64,000 bases of DNA from a virus (taxonomy: Duplodnaviria; Caudoviricetes). Below, one piece after another: positions 1-9,407 of this stretch. Position 1 is the first letter of the stretch, and each line of letters starts with the position of its first letter. The stretch lies in the IMG/VR virus record IMGVR_UViG_3300046733_000629. One strand, written 5' to 3'. Under the pieces are notes generated by a model. It did no database searches and was not told the origin of the DNA. It was given only the letters and a program-made list of their open reading frames with translations. The position numbers and the translations under genes were made by a program.

Positions 1-1
1 G

Positions 2-226
2 GCCGTAAGTATTATGTGTCAAGACGAAAGAGTTTTTAAAGCTATGGAAATGGCCGGCACTCCTTGTCCGTTTAAAGGTGAAATTGGTGAAGCAGCACAA
101 AAGAAATGGGATGCTAATTCAGATCTAAAACCTGAGAACACACAAAAGGAGACAAAGAAAAATGATACCCTCAAAGGTGCTGCAATGGGCATTGGTGGTA
201 GTTTGTTGCTTCTTCTACTTCTTTAG
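2..226 (+). CDS. Hypothetical protein, 5'-truncated by the window edge, with a C-terminal hydrophobic segment
   Basis: The frame is open from base 2 (AVSIMCQDERVFKAMEMAGTPCPF), so the track start at 14 is probably internal. Ends in GIGGSLLLLLLL. Confidence 0.7.
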   Translation, partial: AVSIMCQDERVFKAMEMAGTPCPFKGEIGEAAQKKWDANSDLKPENTQKETKKNDTLKGAAMGIGGSLLLLLLL

Positions 227-3200
227 TAGTGTAGCATTAGCCACAGATACATCAGCTCCAGACAATCCAACAACTACATCTCCAAGCACATTAGATTTAA
301 GTGATGGAACCATTACGAATCCACAATATGGATGTCCTAGTGGAACAACAGCCGCACAAGTTAATACTTCAAATTGGGGTACCGAAACAGTTCGCTTTGG
401 CGAATGTGTCAACACGTTTGCTATAACATATGCAATCAATCAAGCACTACAAGGGTCAGGTGTTAGCATAGACAAAGTCCACTACAGTTGGCGTTATGTT
501 ATGTGCTTTAATACACCAGGCGAGAGTTGTAATGATAACATCAGCAACAGAGTTAATACCACTACAGGTGAAGTTACAGATGACCAATACTTTGATGAAC
601 TACAAGTTGTTATTGAAATAACAGATAGCAGTGGAAATGTAGTTGAAACTAAAACATGGAACATGGATACTTGGTATCAATGGAATGCCGCTAATAGTCA
701 CAGTGATAATGAAATACAAGATGGTTCAGTTTATTGGCAGATACACGAAGACAATATAGAAGTATACAATCACATAGATAAAACAGGAACCATACGCACA
801 CCAAATAGTGTAGGTGATGTGAGATTTAGAATTAGTGGATACGACAAAGGCAATTGGGATGGATACTACGGACCAGTTATAAACAGATTACAAACTTGGT
901 TTACTTATAGAGCAAACCCATGTAATGATACAGCTCTATATGATCCTAGTTGTCCAGGTTACTCTGAAGCATATGCAACATGGCAATACGATCAAAATTG
1001 TGCCGCTGATGCACTTTATGATCCAGGGTGTCCTGGTTATTCCACTGCATATTACAATCAACAATGTAGTGCAGACCCACTTTATGATAGTGGCTGTGAC
1101 GGATATGCTACAGCATATTACAATCAACAATGTAGTGCGGATCCATTATACGATAGTGGATGTGATGGATACGATCAGGCTTACCTAACACAACAATGTA
1201 ACTTAGACTCACACTATAGTAGTTCATGCCCAAATTATAGTTGGGCCGTTGCTACTATGACTGGTGCCATAGAAAACAAAGCAGGAGAAGGCAGTGACTT
1301 TATTGAAATAGTTAAAGCCGATAACAGTAACATATGGAATGCATTATTTTACAACGAATCAGAATTAGACAATGGTGAGTGGTATGCATTATGTAACTCA
1401 CGTGATGATGGTTGCGAAGATGCAGTTATTAGTAGTGCTAGTTTTAATTATAATGGTAACCATTATGCATTCTTATACACAAAAGACGAAGATGGAAATT
1501 CCTATACGCCTGTTAATGGATCCAACTATCTATTTCTAACTGAAACAAGGTTAGATGCATACTGTGATCAAAATGCACTTACCAGTAAATTTTGTGACGG
1601 ATATGAGACTGCATATTATAATTCACAATGTGAATCTAATCCATTATATGACAGTGGTTGTCCTGGATATGCACAAGCATATGAAGACCAGCAATGTAGT
1701 ATTAATCCATTGCATAGCACAAATTGTAGTGGATATCAACAAGCATATTATAATCAACAGTGTAGTGCTGATCCACTTTATGATAGTGGTTGCCCAGGTT
1801 ATTCTACAGCATATTACAACCAACAGTGTAGTTTAGATGCAACATATGACAGTGGTTGTCCAGGTTATGCAGAGGCTTATTTTACACAACAATGTAATGC
1901 AGACCCATTGTATGATAGTGAATGTCCGGGTTACGAAAGTGCATACTTTACACAGCAATGTAATGCAGACCCACTTTACGATAGTGCATGTAGTGGCTAT
2001 GATGAAGCATACTTTACACAGCAATGCACAGCCAACCCACTTTATAACAGTGAATGTAGTGGATACGACACAGCATATTTTAATCAGCAATGTGGATTAA
2101 ATGCATTATACAACAGTGAGTGTAGTGGATATGATGAAGCATATCTAACTCAACAGTGTAGCATAAACACGTTATACGATAGCAGTTGCGATGGATACGA
2201 AGCGGCATATACACTAGCACAATGTAATGAGAATCCATTGTATGCTGAAAGTTGTGAAGGATATGAAGTATCATACTTTAATCAGCAATGTAGTTTTGAT
2301 CCACAGTATGATACACAATGTCCAGGTTATCAAGCACCAGTAGAAGATACTGTTGACCCAGTTGCAATTGACAATGGAATAAGCACGGGTGATAGTGTTG
2401 TTGATAGTATTCTTGCAACACCAGACTTACCAGTTGTTAATTTAATTCCAGACACACCAGAGCCAATTGAAGTACCTCAACCTGAAATAGTTATGCCAGA
2501 TATTCCAGAAGTAGAAGTTGTAGTTGAAGTACCTACTACAGTTGAGCAAATAGAATTAGAAGTAGAAGCACAGATAGAACAAGAATTAGAAATAGAAATA
2601 GAAATAGAAACACCAACAACTGAAGAACCAACAACAGAAGAAACAACAACTGAAGAACCAACAACTGAAGAAAGCACAACAGAAGAAAGTACTGAAGAAA
2701 GCACAACAGAAGAAAGTACTGAAGATGAGACAAGCAATGAGGAAACCACAGAAGAAAGTACTGAAGAAGAAAGTACTGAAGAAATCACAGAAGAAAGTAC
2801 TGAGGAAGAATCAACGGAGGAAGAATCAAGCAATGAGGAATCAACTGAAGAGGAAGCTACAGAAGAAACAACAGATACTGATGTAAAAGCAACACCTAAG
2901 AAGAAAATTAAAAAGTTATCTAAGAAACAAAAAGAAGATGCTAAACGTAAAAAGATGAAAGAAATTATTAAAAAGAAGTTAGCAAAGTTAGCAGATGATA
3001 TGGGTAAAGCAAAATCACTAGAAGCTCAACAAGCCTTACAACAAGTTATTGCCGCATTAATTAATTATGTTCCTGGGTTTAATGCTTATGGACAGTTTGC
3101 AATACCTGGAGTAGACTTTTACAATTCAGATGAGATTTACAAAGATAAAAAGATTCCAGAAAACCAACGTGGGTTAAGGAATGGATTAGCAAGTGAATTA

Positions 3201-3245
3201 TTACATAAGAAAATGGTTGATATGCAATACGAGGGAATGGAATAA
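162..3245 (+). CDS. Large secreted or surface protein with 17 Cys-rich 22-aa repeats, a Glu/Thr-rich stalk and a Lys-rich C-terminal region
   Basis: 1027-aa ORF. Signal-peptide-like N-terminus ending VALA, repeats of the type CSADPLYDSGCPGYSTAYYNQQ, and TTEEPTTEE runs. Confidence 0.85.
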   Translation: MIPSKVLQWALVVVCCFFYFFSSVALATDTSAPDNPTTTSPSTLDLSDGTITNPQYGCPSGTTAAQVNTSNWGTETVRFGECVNTFAITYAINQALQGSGVSIDKVHYSWRYVMCFNTPGESCNDNISNRVNTTTGEVTDDQYFDELQVVIEITDSSGNVVETKTWNMDTWYQWNAANSHSDNEIQDGSVYWQIHEDNIEVYNHIDKTGTIRTPNSVGDVRFRISGYDKGNWDGYYGPVINRLQTWFTYRANPCNDTALYDPSCPGYSEAYATWQYDQNCAADALYDPGCPGYSTAYYNQQCSADPLYDSGCDGYATAYYNQQCSADPLYDSGCDGYDQAYLTQQCNLDSHYSSSCPNYSWAVATMTGAIENKAGEGSDFIEIVKADNSNIWNALFYNESELDNGEWYALCNSRDDGCEDAVISSASFNYNGNHYAFLYTKDEDGNSYTPVNGSNYLFLTETRLDAYCDQNALTSKFCDGYETAYYNSQCESNPLYDSGCPGYAQAYEDQQCSINPLHSTNCSGYQQAYYNQQCSADPLYDSGCPGYSTAYYNQQCSLDATYDSGCPGYAEAYFTQQCNADPLYDSECPGYESAYFTQQCNADPLYDSACSGYDEAYFTQQCTANPLYNSECSGYDTAYFNQQCGLNALYNSECSGYDEAYLTQQCSINTLYDSSCDGYEAAYTLAQCNENPLYAESCEGYEVSYFNQQCSFDPQYDTQCPGYQAPVEDTVDPVAIDNGISTGDSVVDSILATPDLPVVNLIPDTPEPIEVPQPEIVMPDIPEVEVVVEVPTTVEQIELEVEAQIEQELEIEIEIETPTTEEPTTEETTTEEPTTEESTTEESTEESTTEESTEDETSNEETTEESTEEESTEEITEESTEEESTEEESSNEESTEEEATEETTDTDVKATPKKKIKKLSKKQKEDAKRKKMKEIIKKKLAKLADDMGKAKSLEAQQALQQVIAALINYVPGFNAYGQFAIPGVDFYNSDEIYKDKKIPENQRGLRNGLASELLHKKMVDMQYEGME
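921..2330 (+). repeat. Intragenic 66-bp (22-aa) repeats in two blocks: 5 copies at about 921-1245 and 12 copies at about 1563-2330
   Basis: Cys codons recur at a 66-bp period (1563 to 2289 = 11 x 66). Each unit is C-x9-C-x11. Confidence 0.9.
2611..2880 (+). repeat. Low-complexity Glu/Thr/Ser coding repeats (TTEEP/STEES)
   Basis: Repeated acaacagaagaa and agtactgaagaa units. Confidence 0.85.
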
Positions 3246-3565
3246 TGAGTTGTTTAGCAATTGGATTAGCATTAAGTATGCATTTAGGATTGGCAAATGA
3301 ATATAATCAAATACATCCATATGCTAAATGTGAAACATATAAAACAATAACAGGAATTTATTATAATAGTTTAGAAAATATTAGTTTATTTGGAGCAATG
3401 AAATATAAACTTACAGACGAATTATTATTAGATATAGGCATCGCAACAGGTTATGTATATGATGTCGTACCAATGGCAAGACTAAGATATAAGAATATTT
3501 TTATAATGCCTGCAATGGAAGAAGACGCTACTGGAGTAGTATTAGGAATTCAAGTAGATTTTTAA
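3245..3565 (+). CDS. Small exported protein, possibly an outer-membrane beta-barrel (weakly PagP-like)
   Basis: Hydrophobic N-terminus, GIYYNS..S and IATGY motifs, alternating strands, and a C-terminal Phe (LGIQVDF). Confidence 0.45.
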   Translation: MSCLAIGLALSMHLGLANEYNQIHPYAKCETYKTITGIYYNSLENISLFGAMKYKLTDELLLDIGIATGYVYDVVPMARLRYKNIFIMPAMEEDATGVVLGIQVDF

Positions 3566-3577
3566 AGGAGAATACAA

Positions 3578-4090
3578 ATGAGTAAAGAACAAACAACATT
3601 AGAAGTTGGCGGACTAAAGTTTACAGGCGGTAAACTATTCTTAGTCTTAACAATTTTAAGTACATTAGGTGGAGCCGCATGGGGAGGTTTTGAATTCTAT
3701 AATGATTATAGAAACATGAAAGCTAAGATAGAACGTTATGTAGCACCAGACCTAAGTGGAATAAAAGCAGAGCTTGCAATCATAGATCAAAAGTTAGACG
3801 ATAACAATGAATATTCTAAAGATATTAAAAACGGATTACGTGATGATATTGTTAGACTAGAACGTATTGTTGATGCAATTGAAGATGATGTAAACAAAAC
3901 AGAAGATAAAACACGTGAACTAATAACGCTAGCTGATCAACGTTTTGAAAACAAACGAGACCAGTTGCTAACAGACTATGAGCAAAAAGCAGATAGCTTA
4001 CGTACTAGTACTGATCTTAAACTAAAAGAACTAGAAAGCAGACTAAACAAAAGATTACAAAGAGCCTTAGATAATCCATTAGCTAACTAA
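3578..4090 (+). CDS. Membrane-anchored coiled-coil protein
   Basis: SD aaaggag upstream, one N-terminal TM segment (LFLVLTILSTLGGAAWGGF), then a heptad-rich charged region. Confidence 0.75.
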   Translation: MSKEQTTLEVGGLKFTGGKLFLVLTILSTLGGAAWGGFEFYNDYRNMKAKIERYVAPDLSGIKAELAIIDQKLDDNNEYSKDIKNGLRDDIVRLERIVDAIEDDVNKTEDKTRELITLADQRFENKRDQLLTDYEQKADSLRTSTDLKLKELESRLNKRLQRALDNPLAN

Positions 4091-5235
4091 TTTTTAGTCC
4101 TGGATATGCTACATTGTCTATGACATACCTGCATATTATCAAAGTTACTCATAATCTTCTTAAACGCAGCACCTTTAACAATATTGTTAAGGGTGTTGTT
4201 GTATATGCTTAATGATTGCTCATCTTCTTTAGTAATACCTGCCTCATCAAAATGTTGTTGTTGATCAACTCTCATAAAACAACAAGGTAAAAACAATCCT
4301 TCACTTGATACAAAGTTTGTATAGTTTTCTATGTTCATGCATTGTGGAAATATATGTTCTGTTTGATATGTTTCTTTTTTAACAACAGGAGCATTTTGAA
4401 ATCTACGTTTCTTATCAATATTTTTAGTAGTTACCTTTGTTTGTTTAACATCAACTATAGTTGCATCTTGTCCTTTTTGTTTTGATGAAGTAAACTTTTC
4501 TTGTACAGTTTCATTCTGGATTATCTCTTTGATCTTCATTGTACTTGATCTAGGTGTTACTCCTATTTTTAATCTAGGATGATTTATATTTAAATGATAT
4601 ACGTATTCTTCTAGTTTAGTTAAGTTCTCATCAAAGTCTGCTTTATTTGCTAACTGATCTTCTCTAGCTCTGTGTGTATGTATTATTACAAACTGTTTGA
4701 AGCCTAACTCTTTTGCAGTATCAAATGCAATTCTCATACTTTCAAAGTCTTGATTATATTTAAATACAATATACTTCCAACGCATGTTACAACCAGCATT
4801 AGATAATATTCTTGCACCTAATTCTATGCTTTTCCAGTCGCCGTTTATTCTATATTCTGTAAAGTTATCTGGAGTTCCGTCAATGCTATACTCAATTAAG
4901 TCTGTACTACCCATCAAATCTGCAATAGCTTGCCAATCTTCTGCTTGTCTATAACTTCCATTAGTATTAAATATAAACCTGCCACCCATTGCTTTGATAG
5001 CTCTAAGTGTTTTAACTAAGTGTGGATGATATAAAGCATCTCCATACGCACCTGTTAACCTAAAGTCATTTGCACCAGAATCTTTTAGAAACTCTATTAG
5101 TTTATCTTCATTGATATTACCATTGTCCCATAGATCCTTCTTGTGCTCTTGGAATGTTCTAGGACAATTTGGACATAGTAATGTACACTTTGATGTTAGT
5201 TCCAGTTCAAATTTGTTAGATATAGGGAATTGCAT
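4087..5235 (-). CDS. Radical SAM protein with C-terminal SPASM/twitch-like Cys domain (subfamily A)
   Basis: CTLLCPNC (CX3CX2C), GAYGDA, YSIDG...YR.NG.W, and C-terminal C...EGLFLPCC...CHRQC. Confidence 0.9.
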   Translation of the reverse strand: MQFPISNKFELELTSKCTLLCPNCPRTFQEHKKDLWDNGNINEDKLIEFLKDSGANDFRLTGAYGDALYHPHLVKTLRAIKAMGGRFIFNTNGSYRQAEDWQAIADLMGSTDLIEYSIDGTPDNFTEYRINGDWKSIELGARILSNAGCNMRWKYIVFKYNQDFESMRIAFDTAKELGFKQFVIIHTHRAREDQLANKADFDENLTKLEEYVYHLNINHPRLKIGVTPRSSTMKIKEIIQNETVQEKFTSSKQKGQDATIVDVKQTKVTTKNIDKKRRFQNAPVVKKETYQTEHIFPQCMNIENYTNFVSSEGLFLPCCFMRVDQQQHFDEAGITKEDEQSLSIYNNTLNNIVKGAAFKKIMSNFDNMQVCHRQCSISRTKN

Positions 5236-5265
5236 ATATTATGTAAACCTTTAAGTTTAGTTTTA

Positions 5266-5279
5266 ATAAATATATTTAT
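5266..5279. promoter_or_regulatory. Palindrome ATAAATATATTTAT, a candidate bidirectional late promoter (TAAATA on both strands)
   Basis: Lies between divergent genes; an identical copy is at 57984-57997. Confidence 0.6.
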
Positions 5280-5302
5280 GTAAAACAAATCCAATGATTT
5301 GC

Positions 5303-5331
5303 TTGACATTTGAAGTATAATCATGTATTAT
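5303..5331 (+). promoter_or_regulatory. sigma70-type promoter
   Basis: TTGACA-17-TATTAT, preceded by a 6-bp hairpin caaatc-caat-gatttg at 5286-5301. Confidence 0.75.
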
Positions 5332-5370
5332 ACACTAAAGCCTTATACATAAGAGCGGATTAATAACATT

Positions 5371-5994
5371 ATGGCAAGATTACTAATTATAACAGGTCCA
5401 CAAGGTAGTGGAAATCATGTTTTCAGTAAGTGTTTAGCAGTACACGAAGATGTGTATGGTTGGAAAAGTCTACTTAATACATATTGGGAAGGACATCACC
5501 ATGAGCCATTTGCAAAGTATTGGAATGATCCAGAACTATTACACGAGTTTGATTGGACACAAAAAGAACATTATGTAACTAGTATTAGTTGTCCATTTGT
5601 TAAGAATAAAGAACCTCATATACCAACGTATGAAAAGTTTATTGAGGTTGCTAGTAAATATTGTGAAGTATCGGTTGCTATTATTGGTAGAGATGTAAAC
5701 GTACTACAGTATCAACAACAGCGAGTAAGAAAGAAGCACACTACACCAATGGCACTAGATGCTTTTAAATGGTTACTCAATACAGAAAATTGTTCGTTTC
5801 TAAGTTTAGAACTATTGTATTTGTATAAGCAAAGTTACTTAGAACAGTTGAGTAATGAGTTAGATTGGCCAATAGCATTTTGGGATCCAGAAATAGATGC
5901 AATACTTTCTCATGATGCTAACGAGAAATATATTAAAGATGTACACGAATATTGGTTAGACTTTGAAGTCGACCGAGCTATAAAAGAAAGTTAA
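5371..5994 (+). CDS. P-loop / sulfotransferase-like protein
   Basis: N-terminal IITGPQGSGNH motif; 207 aa. Confidence 0.5.
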   Translation: MARLLIITGPQGSGNHVFSKCLAVHEDVYGWKSLLNTYWEGHHHEPFAKYWNDPELLHEFDWTQKEHYVTSISCPFVKNKEPHIPTYEKFIEVASKYCEVSVAIIGRDVNVLQYQQQRVRKKHTTPMALDAFKWLLNTENCSFLSLELLYLYKQSYLEQLSNELDWPIAFWDPEIDAILSHDANEKYIKDVHEYWLDFEVDRAIKES

Positions 5995-6008
5995 TTAGAG
6001 AGAATTAT

Positions 6009-6713
6009 ATGTTAGATGTTTTTATGCTGTCGTTTGGTGAACCAGATGCAGATGATAATTTTAAAATCCTACAAGAGAAAGCACCACATGCAAAACGCAT
6101 TGATGGAATTGAAGGATTGTTAAACGCACACAAAGCATGTGCAGAAGAAAGTCGTACTAGTTATTTTTATGTATGTGATGCAGATGCAGTCATACAAGAA
6201 AACTTTGCATTTAAATTTGAACCAAGTGATAGACGAGAACCATACCCAGGTGTAAAAGAAACTGAATGTGTGTTTACATATCGTAGCCACAATCCTATTA
6301 ATGATCTCATATATGGATATGGTGGAGTAAAGTTATTTCCTAAGAAGAATTTATTAGAAGTAGAAGAATTTAAAGTAGACATGACTACGAGTATTGGTGC
6401 AAAATTTGTACCTAAGTTTGAAATAGCAAACACTACAGCATTTAATACTGATCCATTTAGTACATGGAAAAGTGCATTTCGAGAGTGTACTAAACTATCA
6501 AGTAATATTATTGATCATAACAAGCAAGTTGATGATGCATATAGATTAGAAGTATGGTGTACACGTGGAGAAAACAGACGATACGGAGACTATGCACTAA
6601 CTGGTGCAAAACAGGGTAGAGACTTTGGAACACATTACAAAGGCAATACAGATGCATTACGTAAAATTAATGACTGGAATTGGCTAAAGGAGAAATTTAA
6701 TGAAGCTATCTGA
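6009..6713 (+). CDS. Putative GT-A fold glycosyltransferase-like protein
   Basis: FYVCDADAV (DxD motif) after an N-terminal beta-alpha unit; GYGGVKLFP. Confidence 0.5.
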   Translation: MLDVFMLSFGEPDADDNFKILQEKAPHAKRIDGIEGLLNAHKACAEESRTSYFYVCDADAVIQENFAFKFEPSDRREPYPGVKETECVFTYRSHNPINDLIYGYGGVKLFPKKNLLEVEEFKVDMTTSIGAKFVPKFEIANTTAFNTDPFSTWKSAFRECTKLSSNIIDHNKQVDDAYRLEVWCTRGENRRYGDYALTGAKQGRDFGTHYKGNTDALRKINDWNWLKEKFNEAI

Positions 6714-7947
6714 TTTCCAAGAACAATATCATTGGATGAATGGACTTAGCGAATACTTTAAGTTCAATGGACAAGAAGAACGTTGGGAATATATACATAA
6801 AGCATTATATCATGACAACTGGTATCGTAAACGTGATGTTATGATTGATTTAGCATCTATGCCTAACAGTAACCCTTCTCATGTAAGAGCTTGGATGAAT
6901 GTTCTATTACATGAAAAACTTGAAGATGTAGAACTAAAGCCACAGATGCTTGCAACACTATTTAGAAAGTATATGAGAGAAGATCCTTTTCTAGTAAACA
7001 TTTGTCAGTTTGTAAACTATTGGGCTAAAGGTGATCATGCCGCAGAGATGCCTGACATGAATGACTTTTTAAGTAGAGGACAAGTAAAATCAAAACTATG
7101 GTTAATAAGTGAATTAGTTAAAATTGTAGATGGTCCTATTGGTAACATTGCATTTTATGGAGGCTGGTATAATTTCTTAGCACACATGATGTTCCATCAA
7201 TTTGATGTAAACAAAATATATAGTATTGATTTAGATGATTCAGTAGTAGTACCAAGTAAACGTTTATATCCAGAAGAAGTAGCGGCTGATAGATTTATTC
7301 CTGTAACAACAGATGTAAGCAAGTTACAATGGCGTGATAAAGGTTTATGGTTTCAAGACCACGATAAACGCAGTGAGCAAATTGAAGAATGGATGACTAA
7401 GCAAGAAGAAGCATTAACTGAAAAGAGACAATCAATAATTGACCAATGGTTACAAAAACAAGAGAGTGCTTTAACTCTAAAGCGACAACCATTAATTGAT
7501 AAGTTTATAGATGAGAATCAAGAAAACATCAAACAAGGTATAGTAAACAAAGAAGAAGTAATTAATAAGATAAGTGAAGACTTACGTACTGAGATGTTTA
7601 AAGACAAAGAAGAAGTAATTAATAAGATAAGTGAAGACTTACGTACTGAGATGTTTAAAGACAAAGAAGCCGTGTTTGAAAACTATGGCTGGCGTACACT
7701 TGCTGAAGAAATTAATATGGTTATTAATACAAGTTGCGAACACATGGATAACACATGGTTTGAAAACTTACCAAGTGGAACATTTGTAGTATTACATCAA
7801 AACGATTACTTTGAAAACGAGCAACATAGTAATTGTTGTAAAGACTTAGAAGAAGTAAAAAGTAAATACCCAATGCAAAGTATCTTTTATGAAGGTGAAT
7901 TAGACACTCATCTATACAATAGGTTTATGCTGATTGGCATAAAATAA
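6700..7947 (+). CDS. Putative SAM-dependent methyltransferase-like protein with an internal repeat insertion
   Basis: IAFYGGWY (motif I-like), YSIDLD (motif II-like), VINTSCEH; a charged helical insertion lies between these motifs. Confidence 0.5.
   Translation: MKLSDFQEQYHWMNGLSEYFKFNGQEERWEYIHKALYHDNWYRKRDVMIDLASMPNSNPSHVRAWMNVLLHEKLEDVELKPQMLATLFRKYMREDPFLVNICQFVNYWAKGDHAAEMPDMNDFLSRGQVKSKLWLISELVKIVDGPIGNIAFYGGWYNFLAHMMFHQFDVNKIYSIDLDDSVVVPSKRLYPEEVAADRFIPVTTDVSKLQWRDKGLWFQDHDKRSEQIEEWMTKQEEALTEKRQSIIDQWLQKQESALTLKRQPLIDKFIDENQENIKQGIVNKEEVINKISEDLRTEMFKDKEEVINKISEDLRTEMFKDKEAVFENYGWRTLAEEINMVINTSCEHMDNTWFENLPSGTFVVLHQNDYFENEQHSNCCKDLEEVKSKYPMQSIFYEGELDTHLYNRFMLIGIK
7547..7669 (+). repeat. 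Exact in-frame 57-bp tandem duplication (19 aa) plus a partial third copy
   Basis: 7547-7603 is identical to 7604-7660 and encodes KEEVINKISEDLRTEMFKD twice. Confidence 0.95.
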
Positions 7948-8184
7948 ATGGCAAAGGGTGTAGTATACATAGACTTCATTATGGAAGAATTTACAGAACT
8001 AAGTGCAATAGACGCATGTTGTAAAATTACTTCAGAAATAGCATTGCAAGGCTTACAGTATGGAATTGACTTTTGGTTTCATGATTATGATCCAGATGAT
8101 GCAGTATTAAAATTTGGATTCAAAGATCAGCACGAAGCATATCTATTAAAATTAGCAGGTATAAATCAACCTAGCATACATTAA
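7948..8184 (+). CDS. Small hypothetical protein, paralog of the next gene
   Basis: QGLQYGIDFW...LKFGFKDQHEAYLLKL. Confidence 0.7.
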   Translation: MAKGVVYIDFIMEEFTELSAIDACCKITSEIALQGLQYGIDFWFHDYDPDDAVLKFGFKDQHEAYLLKLAGINQPSIH

Positions 8185-8424
8185 ATGGCTATTATAGAAT
8201 ACACAGTGAAAGAATATACTACAACAACAGATCAATTTGCTACATATGATGCCATTGCAAACGTATCAGCACAGTTAGCAGATCAGGGATTTGAATATTC
8301 AGTTGACTTTTGGCTACAAGAAGTATACTATGATGCAGATGGTAACCAACAATTAAAATTTCAATTTGCAGATGATAAGCAAGCTATGTTGATAAAGATA
8401 AAAGGAATTGACAACAATGGATAG
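8185..8424 (+). CDS. Small hypothetical protein, paralog of the previous gene
   Basis: QGFEYSVDFW...LKFQFADDKQAMLIKI. Confidence 0.7.
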   Translation: MAIIEYTVKEYTTTTDQFATYDAIANVSAQLADQGFEYSVDFWLQEVYYDADGNQQLKFQFADDKQAMLIKIKGIDNNG

Positions 8425-8674
8425 AGAATTATGGGATGCCATACTAGATAACTTTACATTGAGAGAGTTACAAAAAGAAGCGGCTAGAGCAATAACTACT
8501 ATGCCAGCAGATAATAACAGTATTCATAAGTTTAACAAAGAAGCACATCATAACAGCCAGTTATGGTACAAAGCAGTAATAATTTATTACTGTGAAGAAC
8601 ATGGAGGGTTTCCTAGCGAGATTGGTCCTGGTAAAGATGTAACATTTGTTTTAGACGAGGAAGATAATAAATAA
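8417..8674 (+). CDS. Hypothetical protein
   Basis: ORF coupled to its neighbours; likely ATG at 8417 (MDRELWD). Confidence 0.6.
   Translation: MDRELWDAILDNFTLRELQKEAARAITTMPADNNSIHKFNKEAHHNSQLWYKAVIIYYCEEHGGFPSEIGPGKDVTFVLDEEDNK
8667..8673 (+). promoter_or_regulatory. Late-promoter-like ATAAATA
   Basis: About 25 nt upstream of the cupin start; overlaps the upstream stop codon. Confidence 0.45.
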
Positions 8675-8698
8675 ACAATCTTAAACAGGAGAAGGAGC

Positions 8699-9025
8699 AT
8701 GCTAGTAAATATAAATGACATAGGTGGAGAAGTTATTAAAGACAACAAAACCTATAAACTAAAAGATAATACACTCTTAAATAATTTAGTTGTCAGTTCT
8801 ACGGATTTAAAACCATACCAAAGTACAAATGGTCATAGACATCCAGGACAAGAAGAAGTATACTATTTTGTTAAAGGTGCTGGTACTATGTATTTAGATG
8901 AAATCCCTAGATTTGTACAAGCAGGAGATGTTGTACTAATTGAAGATGGAGTACATCACAGAGTTAGTTGTGGCCCACATGGCTTATATTTTGTATGCGT
9001 TTTCGACGGAAAGCGATCACATTAA
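8699..9025 (+). CDS. Cupin-domain protein
   Basis: GHRHPGQEEVYYFVKGAGTM...AGDVVLIEDGVHHRV (cupin motifs 1 and 2); SD aggag. Confidence 0.85.
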   Translation: MLVNINDIGGEVIKDNKTYKLKDNTLLNNLVVSSTDLKPYQSTNGHRHPGQEEVYYFVKGAGTMYLDEIPRFVQAGDVVLIEDGVHHRVSCGPHGLYFVCVFDGKRSH

Positions 9026-9378
9026 TGGAATTATTAATAACGAACATAGTTTATGTTCTGTATAGATTATTAATTACTGCCCACATTGTAAAGTTCTTTA
9101 ATAAAATGATGCCGTATTCGTTTGCGGTACTAATTGCCGCTCAGGTAAGTTTTTTATATGATGGTGGATTATTTGCAGTGCTATTTCAAGCACAAGCATT
9201 ACCACCTATTATGGAAATAGTACAAGCGAACATAATGTACACACTACGAGTTGGTATGGCATGGGCATTTATTTATTGGCTGTGGCAACACAGAAACCTT
9301 AATTATTATTTGGCAGTATTTATTGGTGCAGAAGTTACATTTGCAATAGACTATTTTATATTTGACGGCATATTTTAG
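9025..9378 (+). CDS. Integral membrane protein with about 4 TM segments
   Basis: Very hydrophobic ORF; ATG at 9025 overlaps the cupin stop (TAATG). Confidence 0.7.
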   Translation: MELLITNIVYVLYRLLITAHIVKFFNKMMPYSFAVLIAAQVSFLYDGGLFAVLFQAQALPPIMEIVQANIMYTLRVGMAWAFIYWLWQHRNLNYYLAVFIGAEVTFAIDYFIFDGIF

Positions 9379-9379
9379 A

Positions 9380-9386
9380 ATAAATA
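9380..9386 (+). promoter_or_regulatory. Late-promoter-like ATAAATA
   Basis: In the 29-nt gap upstream of the radical SAM gene at 9408. Confidence 0.55.
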
Positions 9387-9407
9387 CTTAGTATTGGAAA
9401 GACTTGA

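Noticed and set aside
921-2330. 66-bp periodic repeats as a CRISPR array
   Set aside because: The units are degenerate at synonymous positions, stay in frame in a 1027-aa ORF and have no repeat/spacer alternation; no cas genes are present.
2477-2833. Minus-strand Ser/Val-rich ORF, and the many other short antisense or alternate-frame ORFs in the track
   Set aside because: They are shadows of well-supported + strand genes; this one mirrors the TTEE repeats. They have no SD or recognisable motifs.
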